The translations under genes and the position numbers were made by a program. Below are positions 13,905 to 30,069 of a stretch of 64,000 bases of DNA, piece after piece. A model generated the notes under the pieces. That model saw only the letters and a list, made by a program, of their open reading frames with translations, did not search any database and was not told the DNA's origin. The DNA is from the human T2T-CHM13v2.0 reference genome, Homo sapiens: assembly GCF_009914755.1 (NCBI RefSeq), contig NC_060928.1; one strand, written 5' to 3'. The first letter of the stretch is position 1. The number at the start of each line of letters is the position of its first letter.

Positions 13905-14752
13905 ATTGCTGTTTGCAGCAGAGATTGCTGATTCTCTCCCACTACGCATTCTCCTGTTCTTCTATTGTAATAGAAGCCCTGATCTTCTGTTGGGCACAAG
14001 GCAAACTCTTCAATCCTACTTGTTAGCTACAGGTGTGCATGCATTAAGTTCTGGCCAATAAGATGTGAGTGGAAGCAATATGTGCAACTTCCACGTTATG
14101 TTCTGAAAAACAAGAGATGTGCCCTCCCATTCCTTTTCCCCCTTCCTGCTGGCTGGGAGGCAGGCATGGGCCAGGGTCATCTTGGACCAAGTAGAAGAGG
14201 GCAATATCCAAGGGTGGCAATGAAACAAGATGGAAGAAACCTTATACCCTGTATTAGTATTCTATTTCTCTGTAATAATCTATCCTAAAATGTAGCAACT
14301 TATAAAAACATTTATGATCTCACAGTTTCTTTTAGTCTGGAATCTGAGCACAGCTCTACTGGGTGCCCTGGCTCAGGGTTTCTCACCAGGATGCAATCAA
14401 GCCATTGGCCAGGGCTGCTGTAGGTCAATGCTCAAGTTGGGGAGGATCCACTTCCAAGGTCATTGGTGTGACTGCTGGGAGCCCTCGAACCCCAGCTGGA
14501 CATTGATGTCTTATCACTTCTGCCACATAAAGTTGGTTAGAAGGTCCCACCCACATGTGAGGTGATTATGCAAGGCCATGAACACCAGGAAGAGAGGTCT
14601 GGGAAGCCACTGCAGAGGCTGTGCACTGTACATGCTCCCTCCCATAGCTGGTCTGCTTATGCCACAACTGTTAAAGGAAAGTGAAATAAACAACCGTCTT
14701 CTTTAAAGTAGGGTCTGCATTAGAGCAGCCAACGTTGTGTTCTAATTGATGC
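13905..14752 (+). mobile_element. MLT1J-like LTR split by a nested MLT1F-like LTR
   Basis: aagttctggccaataagatgtgagtggaag core; 3' part with aataaa...gcagcc...ctaattgatgca after 14632. Confidence 0.7.
14250..14631 (-). mobile_element. MLT1F-like LTR
   Basis: tgtattagtattctatt...catttatgatctcacagtttc...ggctcagggtttctca. Confidence 0.75.
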
Positions 14753-14969
14753 AGTGCCAGATTTGTTTAATTCTGTGAAACATTTGTCCAGTTATTGAGG
14801 CCCTTGTAATAGGCATTTTCTGGAATATCTGCCAAGCGAAATCACTTTCTCTGAAAACTGCCTCCCTTCCTCCTCCTATACCTCACCTCCCCTATCTGAG
14901 GACTTCTGTGGCATTTTTGTAATTTAACAAAACTGCTTGTCGCCATCTAATGAAAGAAAGGGTAAAATG

Positions 14970-15320
14970 CTGACTTCAGGTGGGCCAAATCTGTCACTCA
15001 GGAATCTGGAATTGGGATCCAGAAACCCTGGTCAGTGTCTCTCGTGAGAACTGGACATCGTGTGACATTAGGACGGGGTCTGCATGTGCGTGGGAAAGCG
15101 AGCAAGCCAGTATGCAGAGAGAAGGAAGAGACAGAGGTGCCGAGAAGCCTTCAGAGTGGGCTTGCTTCACAGCATCCCATTCCAGGCCCTGCTGAAGCCC
15201 AGCTCTGGCCCAGGTATGGAGATGCCTCTGCCCAACTCCACACATATGTCCTCATCGCCCCCTTGTTTTCATTTAAACCCGTCTAAGTGGGCTTTGGGTG
15301 TTTGAAATTAATCTCTAAGA
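14970..15320 (+). mobile_element. Degraded ERVL LTR (LTR33-like)
   Basis: gggccaaatc...ggaatctggaattggga; end tttaaacccgtctaagtgggcttt. Confidence 0.35.
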
Positions 15321-16399
15321 AAGGCCTTTAGTGTTTTGAGTTTTCAACACCTAACCTCAACATCATCTCACCCAGCTCCTAGCATCCTGTGAGCTCTCCT
15401 ACATCTCCTCCCCTGAAAAAAAAAAGTCACAAAATCTTGCTGGAAAACACGTGGGGCAGGATCAACAGGGCCTACTGAAAAGAAACGTGCAAGGGTGGAC
15501 GCAGCATGGATAGATATCTGTGATCTGACATCAGTTTGTTGGAGGTCAGGAGGAGGAGATGCTTTGGTGCCATTAGGTGACAAAGATTCAAAAATGTCAT
15601 CCCCTCTTGCCTCAATCCCCTGTGCACTCACATGCTACTTGTATGGCCCCAAAACAAGGAACTTCACAGCCTTGTTACTGAGCTGTTAGAAACAGCCCCC
15701 AACTCTGTGAGTTGACCCCTACCCCTTCCCTGGAGTGGCTTTGCTTTTGGGTTTTCTAATGTCACTCCAAGAGACAGAGTCTCTGCTCAGAGATAGCATC
15801 TTTCTCCACGCATGCCCTCCACGTGCTACTCTCCATCTGGATTGTTTACTTCGGAATCCAGGCCAGGGTGCTGGGGATGGTTGTATTTCTTGAGTGGAAT
15901 TCTGCACTCCCCGTCTGGAGTCACACTCTGCATTCTTTCGATGCCTCCTCTGAGCTGGAAGGTCATTTTGCAGCAAAGCTATTGGCTGCACAAGCTCATG
16001 GAGGCCTCACACCAGACCTTGTCCCAGCAGCCAACCCTCTGGTATGGAGGGAGGTGGAGTGGGATGTGGTAAACAGGAAGACAGCAAACCCCGACTTGGA
16101 CTGGGGAGCAGGAAACATCAGCCACCACGCTCAGCCCTGTGCCCCGATCACAACCTCCTGGGGTTGCAGTGCCTCCCGGGCTGGTGGAAGGATTGTTCTC
16201 AGCAGCTTGGGATTGTCAATGCAGCAGGAAGAATTTTATCCTAAGATGCCACCTCAAAAATGTCATGGCTTCTGAGTCTGGTGTGACAGATGGATAGACA
16301 GATGGAGGAAAATAGGACAAGGGAGAGTCAGAGGGAGAGAGCAGTTGAGTGCTGGGCCTGTACCCCAACTCATATTCTAAACTGCTGCCTGTCCCCACC

Positions 16400-16635
16400 T
16401 TATCTCCAATCTCTCCCCACCCAGCTGCATTTTGCTATTTCTACAACTTCTAACATACTATACTTACTTTTATTATCAGACTCTCCATACTAGGATGTAA
16501 GCTCTTTGAGGGCAGGGAATCTTCGTTCACTGATAAGGAGCCTAACAGTACCTGGTACATGCAGCCATTCAACAAATATTTGTTGAATAAGTGGAAGGAT
16601 GGATGGATGGATGGATGGATGGATGGATGGATGGA
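16400..16635 (+). mobile_element. L2 3' end with (GGAT)n tail
   Basis: tgtaagctctttgagggcaggga...cctggtacat...aaatatttgttgaat, then (GGAT)n at 16597-16635. Confidence 0.85.
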
Positions 16636-16779
16636 TTTCCCTAGGGATGCTTTTAGCAATTTCCCTACCATATTTCTTTTACTATTTTCCTGCTGTTTTT
16701 CAAACTGGGAATGCCCTCGCCCAACCCCACAAATCAGCCTGTTCATCTCTCAAATGCCAGCTCCAATGCCACTCCTGCA

Positions 16780-16920
16780 GTATGGCCTTGTGGTTAAGAG
16801 CCACCACTGCAGGGTTCAAATCCCCACTCCTCTGCTTGTTCACTGTGTAGGCTTCAGTTTACATACCTAATGGGATTATCACAAAGACAAAATAACATCA
16901 TGTCCAAACCATGTTTAATT
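16780..16920 (+). mobile_element. MIR fragment
   Basis: gtggttaagag...gggttcaaatcccc. Confidence 0.6.
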
Positions 16921-17891
16921 AACACATGCCCCCTAATGTTCCCAGTTAGGTACCATCTCTCCCTCCTTTGAGCATGCATGTTACATTGAGTCTCTCTTAG
17001 GAACTCTTCACATTTTCTTTTGTATCCTAGCTATTCTTGTACATGTAGTATTTTCCTTGACAGAAGGCTCCTTCTGATACAGTGCTTTTTTAAATACATA
17101 TTCTTAAACACCCTCCTTGAGTATTTTTATCTGCAGCATTTTAACAAAGAAACATCAAAGCACAGGAGTGAATGTGCTGGGAAGAAGGAGTAGGGGAGAG
17201 ATTACTATTCTGAGGATGAATGAGGCATTGGGAGGGCTTGGAGGATGGGATGCAGAAACACGCAATCAAAAAAACAGTCACCCAATACAGCATTTCATGT
17301 CATGAGCTGCAACTTCATAGAAGTTTTCAGAGCCCATGCATAGGAATCATCCGTCTCCTATGAATCAGAAGCCCCCAGTTCAAAGGAAGCTGGTGAAGAA
17401 GCAAGAGTCAGCCCCAGAACCGAGGCAGCAAAGAGTTGGCTTCTGAAGAAAAGGACCTGCCCCTTTCTGTTGCAGGAATCTCCTACAAAGTCATTCGTGA
17501 TAAACACTGGTGTGTTTCTGCAATCTGGCTTTTATCCCTTCAAAGGTTCCTGAATGGGAGCAATTACCAGAGATGGGGAAGCCAAGAAAACACACTGTGA
17601 GTATAAACAGCTTGACAGGACATTTATACAGAGAATTCAGAACAGAGTCCTCATTCCCAAGCGTGGTACAGGCCAGAGGGGAGATTTTTAGAGCAAGAGA
17701 CACCCATCTTTTGTCTTCTTTCTAGGAAGTGTTCTTCTGTCAGGTATGAAGAGTCTTGGTTGAGTTTCAGCAAAAGGATTGGGTGACTAATTGGGATCAC
17801 AGGGTAGCAGTGCACCGAGGAACCTAACCACTGTCCTCACTCAGGACCACTGAAGCTCTTTTATAGGAAACAGAAAGGAAGAAGTCATAAC

Positions 17892-18130
17892 TTTTTTCCC
17901 CAACTTCATTGAGATGTAATTGAAAAACCCCAGCCCCTGGTAGCCACCATTCTACTCTCTACTTCTATGAATTTGACTATTATTTAAATTTCACATATGA
18001 GTGAGATTATGCAATATCTGTTTTACTGCATCTGGTTTATTTCACTTAGCATAAGGTCCTCCAGGTTCTTCCATGTTGTTACAAATGACAGGATTTTCTT
18101 CTTTTTAAAGGTTAAGTGATATTCCATTAT

Positions 18131-18174
<44 letters not shown>

Positions 18175-18195
18175 CACATCACATTTTCTTTATTG
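17892..18195 (-). mobile_element. L1MA/MB 3' fragment containing (CA)n at 18132-18172
   Basis: cccctggtagccaccattctactctct...atttcacttagcataa. Confidence 0.85.
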
Positions 18196-18207
18196 AGAGG
18201 ACAGATT

Positions 18208-18537
18208 AATCATCCAGGAAATGTAAACCAAAATCACAATGAGGGTTGGGGGTAGTGGCTCACACCTGTCATCCCGGCACTTTGGGAGGCTGAGACAGGG
18301 GCATTACTTGAGGCCAGGATTTCGAGACCAGCCTGGCCAATATGGTGAAACCCTACCTCTACTAAAAATAAAAAATATATACAAAAATTAGCCAGTCATG
18401 GTGGCACACACCTGTAGTCCCAGCTACTCGGGTGGCTGAAGCACAAGAATTGCTCGAATCTGGAAGACAGAGGCTTCAGTGAGCCTAGATCACGCCACTG
18501 CCCTCCAGCCTGGGTGACAGAGCAAGACTCCATCTCC

Positions 18538-18573
<36 letters not shown>

Positions 18574-18695
18574 GAGATATCACCTTACAACTGTTAGAAT
18601 GACTATTTCTAACAGAAAGACAAAAGATAACAAGTGTTGGCGAGGATGTGGAGAAAGGGGAACCCTTGTACACTGTTGATGGGAATGTACATTGA
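18208..18695 (+). mobile_element. L1M ORF2-end fragment in opposite orientation, interrupted by an Alu
   Basis: ggaaatgtaaaccaaaatcacaatgag[Alu]atatcacc...ggatgtggagaaaggggaacccttgtacactgttg. Confidence 0.85.
18244..18570 (+). mobile_element. Alu (older S or J) with a (CA)n tail
   Basis: Full dimer; tail aaaa(ca)n merges into TSD cacaatgag / cacagtgag. Confidence 0.95.
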
Positions 18696-18899
18696 TATGA
18701 CCTAACCTTTGAAAGCTGAATGAGCCAACCTGACTTCACTGGATGATGCGTGGTCAGGATTCAATGATTATAGATCTAATCCTCAGTTTTCTCCTTCCTG
18801 TGTGCCAGGCAGGCAGGATCTTCTGTCCTAGAAAAGGTTTATAAAGGTCTCAGGGTTCATACGTAAGAGTTTATGCCTCAGAGGCAGGCTGACTTGAGA

Positions 18900-19100
18900 T
18901 AGAACCACGGATCTGCTGTCTACTGTTAGACCTGGCAAGCACCCGGCCTTGTTAAGGCTTACTTTCTCTTTCTCTGAAATGGGAATAAAGTTAGTATGCA
19001 CCTCGCTGGGATTATCTTTAGGAATAATAAAGAAATAAGCAGAATTCCAGGCTGCCAAATGCCCTCCGTGAAGTTTAGCTCTTATGATTATTATTAAAAC
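18900..19100 (+). mobile_element. MIR
   Basis: Core tctctgaaatgggaataaag...acctcgctgggatt. Confidence 0.6.
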
Positions 19101-19229
19101 ATGAAATCTACATTCTGCGGAGGAAGAGGAAGGGGCTGTCATGTCAGAGAAGGGAGAGGAATTGGTTCTTAGAATCCAAGTAGAATGAGTCTCTTGAAGC
19201 CACATATCTAGCTTTGCTTTTTGAAAAGA

Positions 19230-19710
<481 letters not shown>

Positions 19711-21699
19711 TCTTTTAGAACAGCAAGGAAATGGAGACCATAATGATAATGATTTTCAGGCAGGTGATTACAAGGGTCTGAGCACATGAATAAATGAACA
19801 CTCACATATGAAGAAATACTGATCACACATGACCATTCCTTACAATTTTCTTAATATCCCTCCTTTCTCTCCCCCTTCATCTACCCAGAGTCTTCCACAT
19901 GTAAGCCCCAGATCAAGTCCCACCTCCTCTCAAAAGCCTTCACTGACACCTTATTGCAATTGTACCTGTCTATGTCTTAACACATATACATTGTAATTTC
20001 TCAAATAATGCCTCCAGACTTCTGATGAGCTCTTGTTCTATTATTTAGATTGTTTAACTTGTCATATGTTTGTGGTGATGTTAAGTTTTGAAAAAAATAG
20101 GAGACTCTTCTTTTGTGATTGAGCACATAGGACTTGATAAATACGTTCCCATTGAAAGACAAAATTTAGAGTTCTATGTCCTAGACTTGACTCTCATCAC
20201 CACAAACTTCAAGGGATGATCCCCAACATTCTATTGGATAGAAACTTTGATGGTATCAAAGACTCCTTGACACGAGCAGGCCATCGGCTGAGGCTTGACT
20301 GTTTATCACTTGTTTAAATATGAAGATTTTGTTTTAATTGTATTTGTTGTTCATAATGGCTTTTCATCCACAACTGTACAACTAAAGGGTCTGACTTGAG
20401 AAACCCAAAAGCCTATTTTGAAAGCAGCAGAGTTTAAAACTCTTCTTCCAGTTCCTTCCACATTTGAACAGGATAGTTCTAAGTCCCAGCCAAGCTTGGG
20501 CCCTGGAACACAGGGTGCCTGGGAAAAGCTACCCAACACCATCGAGGTGGCCACCCTGATCCTATTCCATTATCTTAAGCCCTTTCGTTTTTGTTTGTTT
20601 GTTTTTAGCTCCCCTGGAAGTCTAATGGAGTCAGATATCACATCTCCTAGAAAAGGAATGACATTTATAACCCCCTTCTGCTCCTGCAAATGGAGGGGTT
20701 ATCTTGGGATTTTGCCCATCAGCGGCTCTCCAGAATCTCAGGCGGCTTCTTAGCCTGGTGCACTCGGAGTCAGCTCCAAGCCTGGAGGTTTAGCATCCAG
20801 GTAGCCTCAGACCTGATCATAAGGCCCACAGTTGAGAGTTAGCAGGACAGCCCTAAGTATCCTCTTCCTGTTTCAGAGGGTTGCTGGCAAGTTTCTGAAA
20901 ACCTGCAGCTTTTTTATGTCTTTAATGCTGGGCTCTTTGCCATCATTCATTTCAGGACTAGAGGTAGCCCTGTTTAATATTAGGCTGCTCCGCCCACCCC
21001 CGCCACCACCCGAATAAGAAAGGATGGGCTCCATCATGTTTAGTGCCTGCCAAGACAGTGGTGTCACTGGGGATGGTCACAGGGATGCACCCTGGGGAAG
21101 GAGCCAGCAAGGTTTTGCTTTTCTGGTGTCAGAGGGAAGACAAAGAGCAGCTTTTTGGGTAGGAACTGAAAAAAAAAACAGGAATATTTAGAATATTTAG
21201 GAGGGCATGCTCTTTTTCCAAAATGGTCTTTGTGGCTTTGTTTTTCTATTATTAAATAATTATTCTTGCTGAATGAATTGTTTACATTAGCATTTCTTAA
21301 ACTGGGTTCCATTGTGTCAGTAGGTATTCCTTCAAAAAAAGATGTAGGCAGAGAATTCCATTATCAAAACAGTTCAGAAAATAAAGGTCTGGAGAGCAAG
21401 GGCTCTAAGGACCAGCTATAGGGATTGGTGAAAGCTTACAGTGGTCATAAGGAAGGTGGCATTGGAGCCAGGCCTGATTCAGACCAGGCAGGGAGAAGGT
21501 TGCAGGTAAAAGGACCTATAGATAGGAAAATGAAAATGCTTAGGGAGAGATGAGACACCTCTGGCTTGGAGAGTTTAGTGCAGCCTAATTTTTATTTATG
21601 TAATTCCAAGAAAATGCCCTCTCTTCTCATTGCTTTCCGGGGAGACACAGCCAGCAGCCTCCTTGGGGCAGACGCTGTCATTTGCCTCTCCAAAGCTCA

Positions 21700-22270
21700 T
21701 ACTTGCACGTGCACACACACACTTCTTCGCTGCAAGTAGAGCCTCAGTGTTTGTCTAGATGTCCCTCCCTCAGGTGGCGGGGGGCAGAAAAAACCCTCCC
21801 TCTGCTCCAAAAAGGTGATATTGGTTAGTCTAAGCCAATTATATTAATTCCTCTATCCTTGCCATGGATTGATTTGGGCATGGTTATGTAACCCAGCCCT
21901 AACAAATGGAACCTGAGGGATAATCTTAGGAATTCTGGAAGAGTTTTTCTTCATAATACGTAAAGACAGACACCTGGGAGGAAATGCAGTTTTCTTTGTT
22001 AGGTGTGGAATTTCTGCATGAAATTCTAGAAACTACTACAACCATCCAGCAATTTGGCGATGGATGGTGGGAGAAAGGGCAGACATTCTGAGCATGGCAG
22101 AACAGAAGGATGTAAAACACCTGGGCCTTTGATGACATAGTCATGCAGTCTAATTAACCGTGGAATCACTCTCTCTCTGGACTTGCTGTTAAGTGAGAGT
22201 ATAAACTCCATTCAGCTTAGGCCACTTTTCATTGAGCCTTGGGCTCCTTGCAACTAGATATTTCATGAGC
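21700..22270 (+). mobile_element. MLT1K-like LTR
   Basis: gtctaagccaatt...ccttgccatggattgatttgggcatgg...ggcagaacagaaggatg...cctgggcctttgatgacat; left edge approximate. Confidence 0.7.
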
Positions 22271-22439
22271 AGAGTTTCTCCCTTGATAGAACACATCTAA
22301 CAACTTAACCATCGTGCTGCCCACCCATTCCTTGGGTAGACTCTTCAATTAGCCCCTTTGGATCGTAGAGTTTGGCCTTTCAGGCTGCCTCTGGCCAATG
22401 CCTTCCTCTGCTTTTCCCTTGTCCTCTCCATTGTCCATG

Positions 22440-22620
22440 TCCTGGTTCCCAGATAAACTTACAGAAGATCCCATACTTCTCAACTGTAAAAACAGGAAAA
22501 GTATCTCATCTCATGGGTATATCTAAAGAATTAAATGAGATCCTGATGAAAAGAGGTTAAGAGTGTCTGGCATGCAGTAAGTGGTCTACAAATTATAGTT
22601 TTAACAATGATAACGATAAT
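22440..22620 (+). mobile_element. MIR
   Basis: ttctcaactgtaaaacagg...ttaaatgagat...gtctggcatgcagtaagtg. Confidence 0.7.
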
Positions 22621-23093
22621 AATTTTTAATTAAAATTAATAATTACTTTGGATTGACTAAGCTTACCTAATTCAGATATGGTCATTCAAATTTCAGTGGG
22701 GTATTGTTGTTGTTACCAAATCTAGTATAGCAGCAAGAAAAAGCAATAATATGTAACATTGGTACATTGCCTTATAATTGGATCTTTTTTTTTGCGATTG
22801 GTTAAATGCATTTTATTTTATCCATAATTTCTATTCCATATTTTTCTTTTTATTTATTTTATTATTCTTTTTATTTTATTTTATTATTATTATACTTTAA
22901 ATTTTAGGGTATATGTGCAAAATGTGCAGGTTAGTTACATATGTATACATGTGCCATACTGGTGTGCTGCACCCATTAACTTGTCATTTAGCATTAGGTA
23001 TATCTCCTAATGCTATCCCGCCCCACTCCCCCCACCCCACAATAGTCCCCAGAGTGTGATGTTCCCCTTCCTGTGTCGATGTGTTCTCATTGT

Positions 23094-26918
<3,825 letters not shown>

Positions 26919-26981
26919 TATGATGTTAGCTGGTTATTTTGCTCGTTAGTTGATGCAGTTTCTCCCTAGCCTCGATGTTCT

Positions 26982-27999
26982 TTACAATTTGGCATGATTT
27001 TGCAGTGGCTGGTACCGGTTGTTCCTTTCCATGTTTAGTGCTTCCTTCAGGAGCTCTTTTAGGGCAGGTCTGGTGGTGACAAAATCTCTCAGTATTTGCT
27101 TGTCTGTAAAGTATTTTATTTCTCCTTCACTTATGAAGCTTATTTTGGCTGGATATGAAATTCTGGGTTGAAAATTCTTTCCTTCAAGAATGTCGGATAT
27201 TGGCCCCCACTCTCTTCTGGCTTGTAGAGTTTCTGCTGAGAGATCTGCTGTTAGTCTGATGGGCTTCTCTTCGTCGGTAACCCGACTTTTCTCTCTGGCT
27301 CCCCTTAACATTTTTTCCTTCATTTCAACCTTGGTGAATCTGACAATTATGTGTCTTGGATCTGCTCTTCTCGAGGAGCATCTTTGTGGTGTTCTCTGTA
27401 TTTCCTGAATCTGAATGTTGGTCTGTCTTGCTAGATTGGGGAAGTTTTCCTGGATAATATCCTGCAGAGTGTTTTCCAACTTGGTTCCATTCTCCCCGTC
27501 ACCTTCAGGTACACCAATCAGATGCAGATTTGGTCTTTTCACATAGTCCCATATTTCTTGGAGGCTTTGTTCGTTTCTTTTTATTCTTTTTTCTCTAAAC
27601 TTCCCTTCTCGCTTCATTTCATTCATTTCATCTTCCATCACTGATACCCTTTCTTCCAGTTGATCCCATCGGCTCCTGAGGCTTCTGCATTCTTCACGTA
27701 GTTCTCAAGCCTTGGCTTTCAGCTCCATCAGCTCCTTTAAGCACTTCTCTTTATTGGTTATTCTAGTTATACATTCATCTAAATTTTTTTCAAAGTTTTT
27801 AACTTCTTTGCCTTTGGTTTGTATTTCTTCCTGTAGCTCGGAGTAGTTTGATCGTCTGAGGCCTTCTTCTCTCAACTCATCAAAGTCATTCTCCGTCCAG
27901 CTTTGTTCCATTGCTGGTGAGGAACTGCGTTCCTTTGGAGGAGGAGAGGCGCTCTGCATTTTAGAGTTTCCAGTTTTTCTGATCTGTTTTTTTCTGCAT
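26982..27999 (-). pseudogene. Disrupted L1 ORF1
   Basis: ATG at 27999 followed by a frameshift; stop at 27705; 219-aa C-terminal piece ending NHAKL. Confidence 0.93.
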
Positions 28000-28582
28000 C
28001 TTTGTGGTTGTATCTACTTTTGGTCTTTGATGATGGTGATGTACATTTGGGTTTTTGGTGTGGATGTCCTTTCTGTTTGTTAGTTTTCCGTCTAACAGAC
28101 AGGACCCTCAGCTGCAGGTCTGTTGGAGTTTGCTAGAGGTCCACTCCAGACTCTGTTTGCCTGGGTATCAGCAGCGGTGGCTGCAGAACAGCAGATTTTC
28201 GTGAACCGCGAATGCTGCTGTCTGATCGTTCCTCTGGAAGTTTTGTCTCAGAGGAGTACCCGGCTGTGTGAGATGTCAGTCTGCCCCTACTAGGGGGTGC
28301 CTCCCAGTTAGGCTGCTTGGGGGTCAGGGGTCAGGGACCCACTTGAGGAGGCAGTCTGCCTGTTCTCAGATCTCCAGCTGTGTGCTGGGAGAACCGCTGC
28401 TCTCTTCAAAGCTGTCAGAGGGGGACATTTAAGTTTGCAGAGGTTACTGCTGTCTTTTTGTTTGTCTGTGCCCTGCCCCCAGAGGTGGAGCCTACAGAGG
28501 CAGGCAGGCCTCCTGGAGCTGTGGTGGGCTCCACCCAGTTGGAGCTTCCCAGCTGCTTTGTTTACCTAAGCAAGCCTGGGCA

Positions 28583-28765
28583 ATGGTAGGCATCCCTCCC
28601 CCAGTCTCGCTGCCACTTTGCAATTTGATCTCAGACTGCTGTGCTAGCAATCAGCGAGACTCCGTGGGCGTAGGACCCTCCAAGCCAGGTGCGGGATATA
28701 ATCCCCTGGTGCGCCGTTTTTTAAGCCAGTCCGAAAAGCTCAGTATTAGGGTGGGAGTGACCTGA
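28583..28765 (+). pseudogene. L1 ORF0 homologue truncated at 60 aa
   Basis: MVGIPPPVSLPLCNLISDCCASNQRDSVGVGPS...IRVGVT* matches primate ORF0 as I recall it; TGA at a likely CGA codon. Confidence 0.8.
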
Positions 28766-29087
28766 TTTTCCAGGTGCCGTCTGTCACCCCTTTCTTTGAC
28801 TAGGAAAGGGAACTCCCTGACCCCTTGTGCTTCCCGAGGGAGGCAATGCCTCGCCTTGCTTCGGCTCACACACTTTGCATTGCACCCACTGTCCTGCGCC
28901 CACTGTCTGGCACTCCCTAGTGAGATGAACCCAGTACCTCAGATGGAAATGCAGAAATCACCCGTCTTCTGCGTCGCTCATGCTGGGAGCTGTAGACCAG
29001 AGCTTTTCCTATTCGGCCATCTTGGCTCTCTATAATTGGATCCTTTACTAAGCGTATTTACGTGTTTACCTTGTTTACTCCCAAAAT

Positions 29088-29417
29088 TATATATATATAA
29101 TATATACATATATATATATATATATTTTTTTTTTTGAGATGGAGTCTGTCACTGTCACCTGGACTGGAGTGCAGTGGTGCCATCTAGGCTTACTGTAACC
29201 TCTGCCTCCTGGATTCAAGTGATTCTCCTCCCTCAGCCTCCTGAGTAGCTGGGATTACAGGCGCCTGCCACCACACCTGGCTAATTTTTTTGTATTTTTA
29301 GTAGAGATGGGGTTTGACTATGTTGGCCAGGCTGGTCTCAAACTCCTGACCTCATGATCCACCTGCTTCAGCCTCCCAAAATGCTGGGATTACAGGTGTG
29401 AGCCACTGTGCCAGGTC
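29088..29417 (-). mobile_element. AluSg/Sc-like with a (TA)n tail
   Basis: Full dimer with gacctcatgatcc; (TA)n at 29088-29124. Confidence 0.95.
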
Positions 29418-29429
29418 AAGAATCTTTTA

Positions 29430-29560
29430 AATGTCAGTATCATTTCCATTTTACTGAAGCTACTGAAGTTAAAAGAGCCTAACTAAGTGCCTCAGCTCAC
29501 ATACCTGGTGATTGAAATTCAAATCTTAACAGACTCCAAAATACATGTTCTTTCTATCAC
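29430..29560 (-). mobile_element. MIR fragment
   Basis: tttccattttactgaag...cagactccaaaa. Confidence 0.55.
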
Positions 29561-30022
29561 ATCACCTCTCTCAATCACATGCATACAGCTCACTGCAGTT
29601 GACTGCTCTCAGCTTCTAAAGTTTTGTGGCTGGCCTCTGTGACTAACTAGATTTGTTAGTTTCTCTCCATTTAATAACTTTCACGTTAATATCCCTTGAA
29701 AATGTTCATGGTTCTGAGAGTAGTACAGGGCAGGGGAGAAGAGAAGAATGGCAAACAGACCAGTGTTCTAGCATCCTCTATGAAAGGCTGGGTTTGCTGC
29801 TGTAATTTGTATAAGCAGCTCCTGTTTTTGGCAATAAGTTGAGTATTCACACTACTTCTTAGCCTTTCTTTGTTTATCCAGGGGGTGAGACTCTGTGATA
29901 AGGAGTTGCTAATGAGGTTTATGTGACTGGGAGTGGACATGTGCTGTGAAAACTGTTTACCTTTCACTGAGTGTCAACAGGGTCCACTGGATGGCTGCCA
30001 AGAGATGCTCATTCAGAGAAAC

Positions 30023-30069
30023 AGAGAGAGAGACAGAGAGACAGAGAGAGAGAGAGAAAGAGAGAGAGA
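30023..30069. repeat. (GA)n-rich microsatellite
   Basis: Read directly. Confidence 0.9.

Noticed and set aside
15680-16280. Overlapping 86-150 aa ORFs in GC-richer sequence
   Set aside because: No recognisable domain or splice structure; consistent with chance.
16567-16588. Perfect 22-bp palindrome attcaacaaatatttgttgaat
   Set aside because: It lies in the naturally near-palindromic L2 3' end and is too short for a pre-miRNA.
17705-17750. Plus-strand 18-nt micro-exon (tctttctag|..CAG|gtatga)
   Set aside because: I found no partner exons or supporting reading frame.
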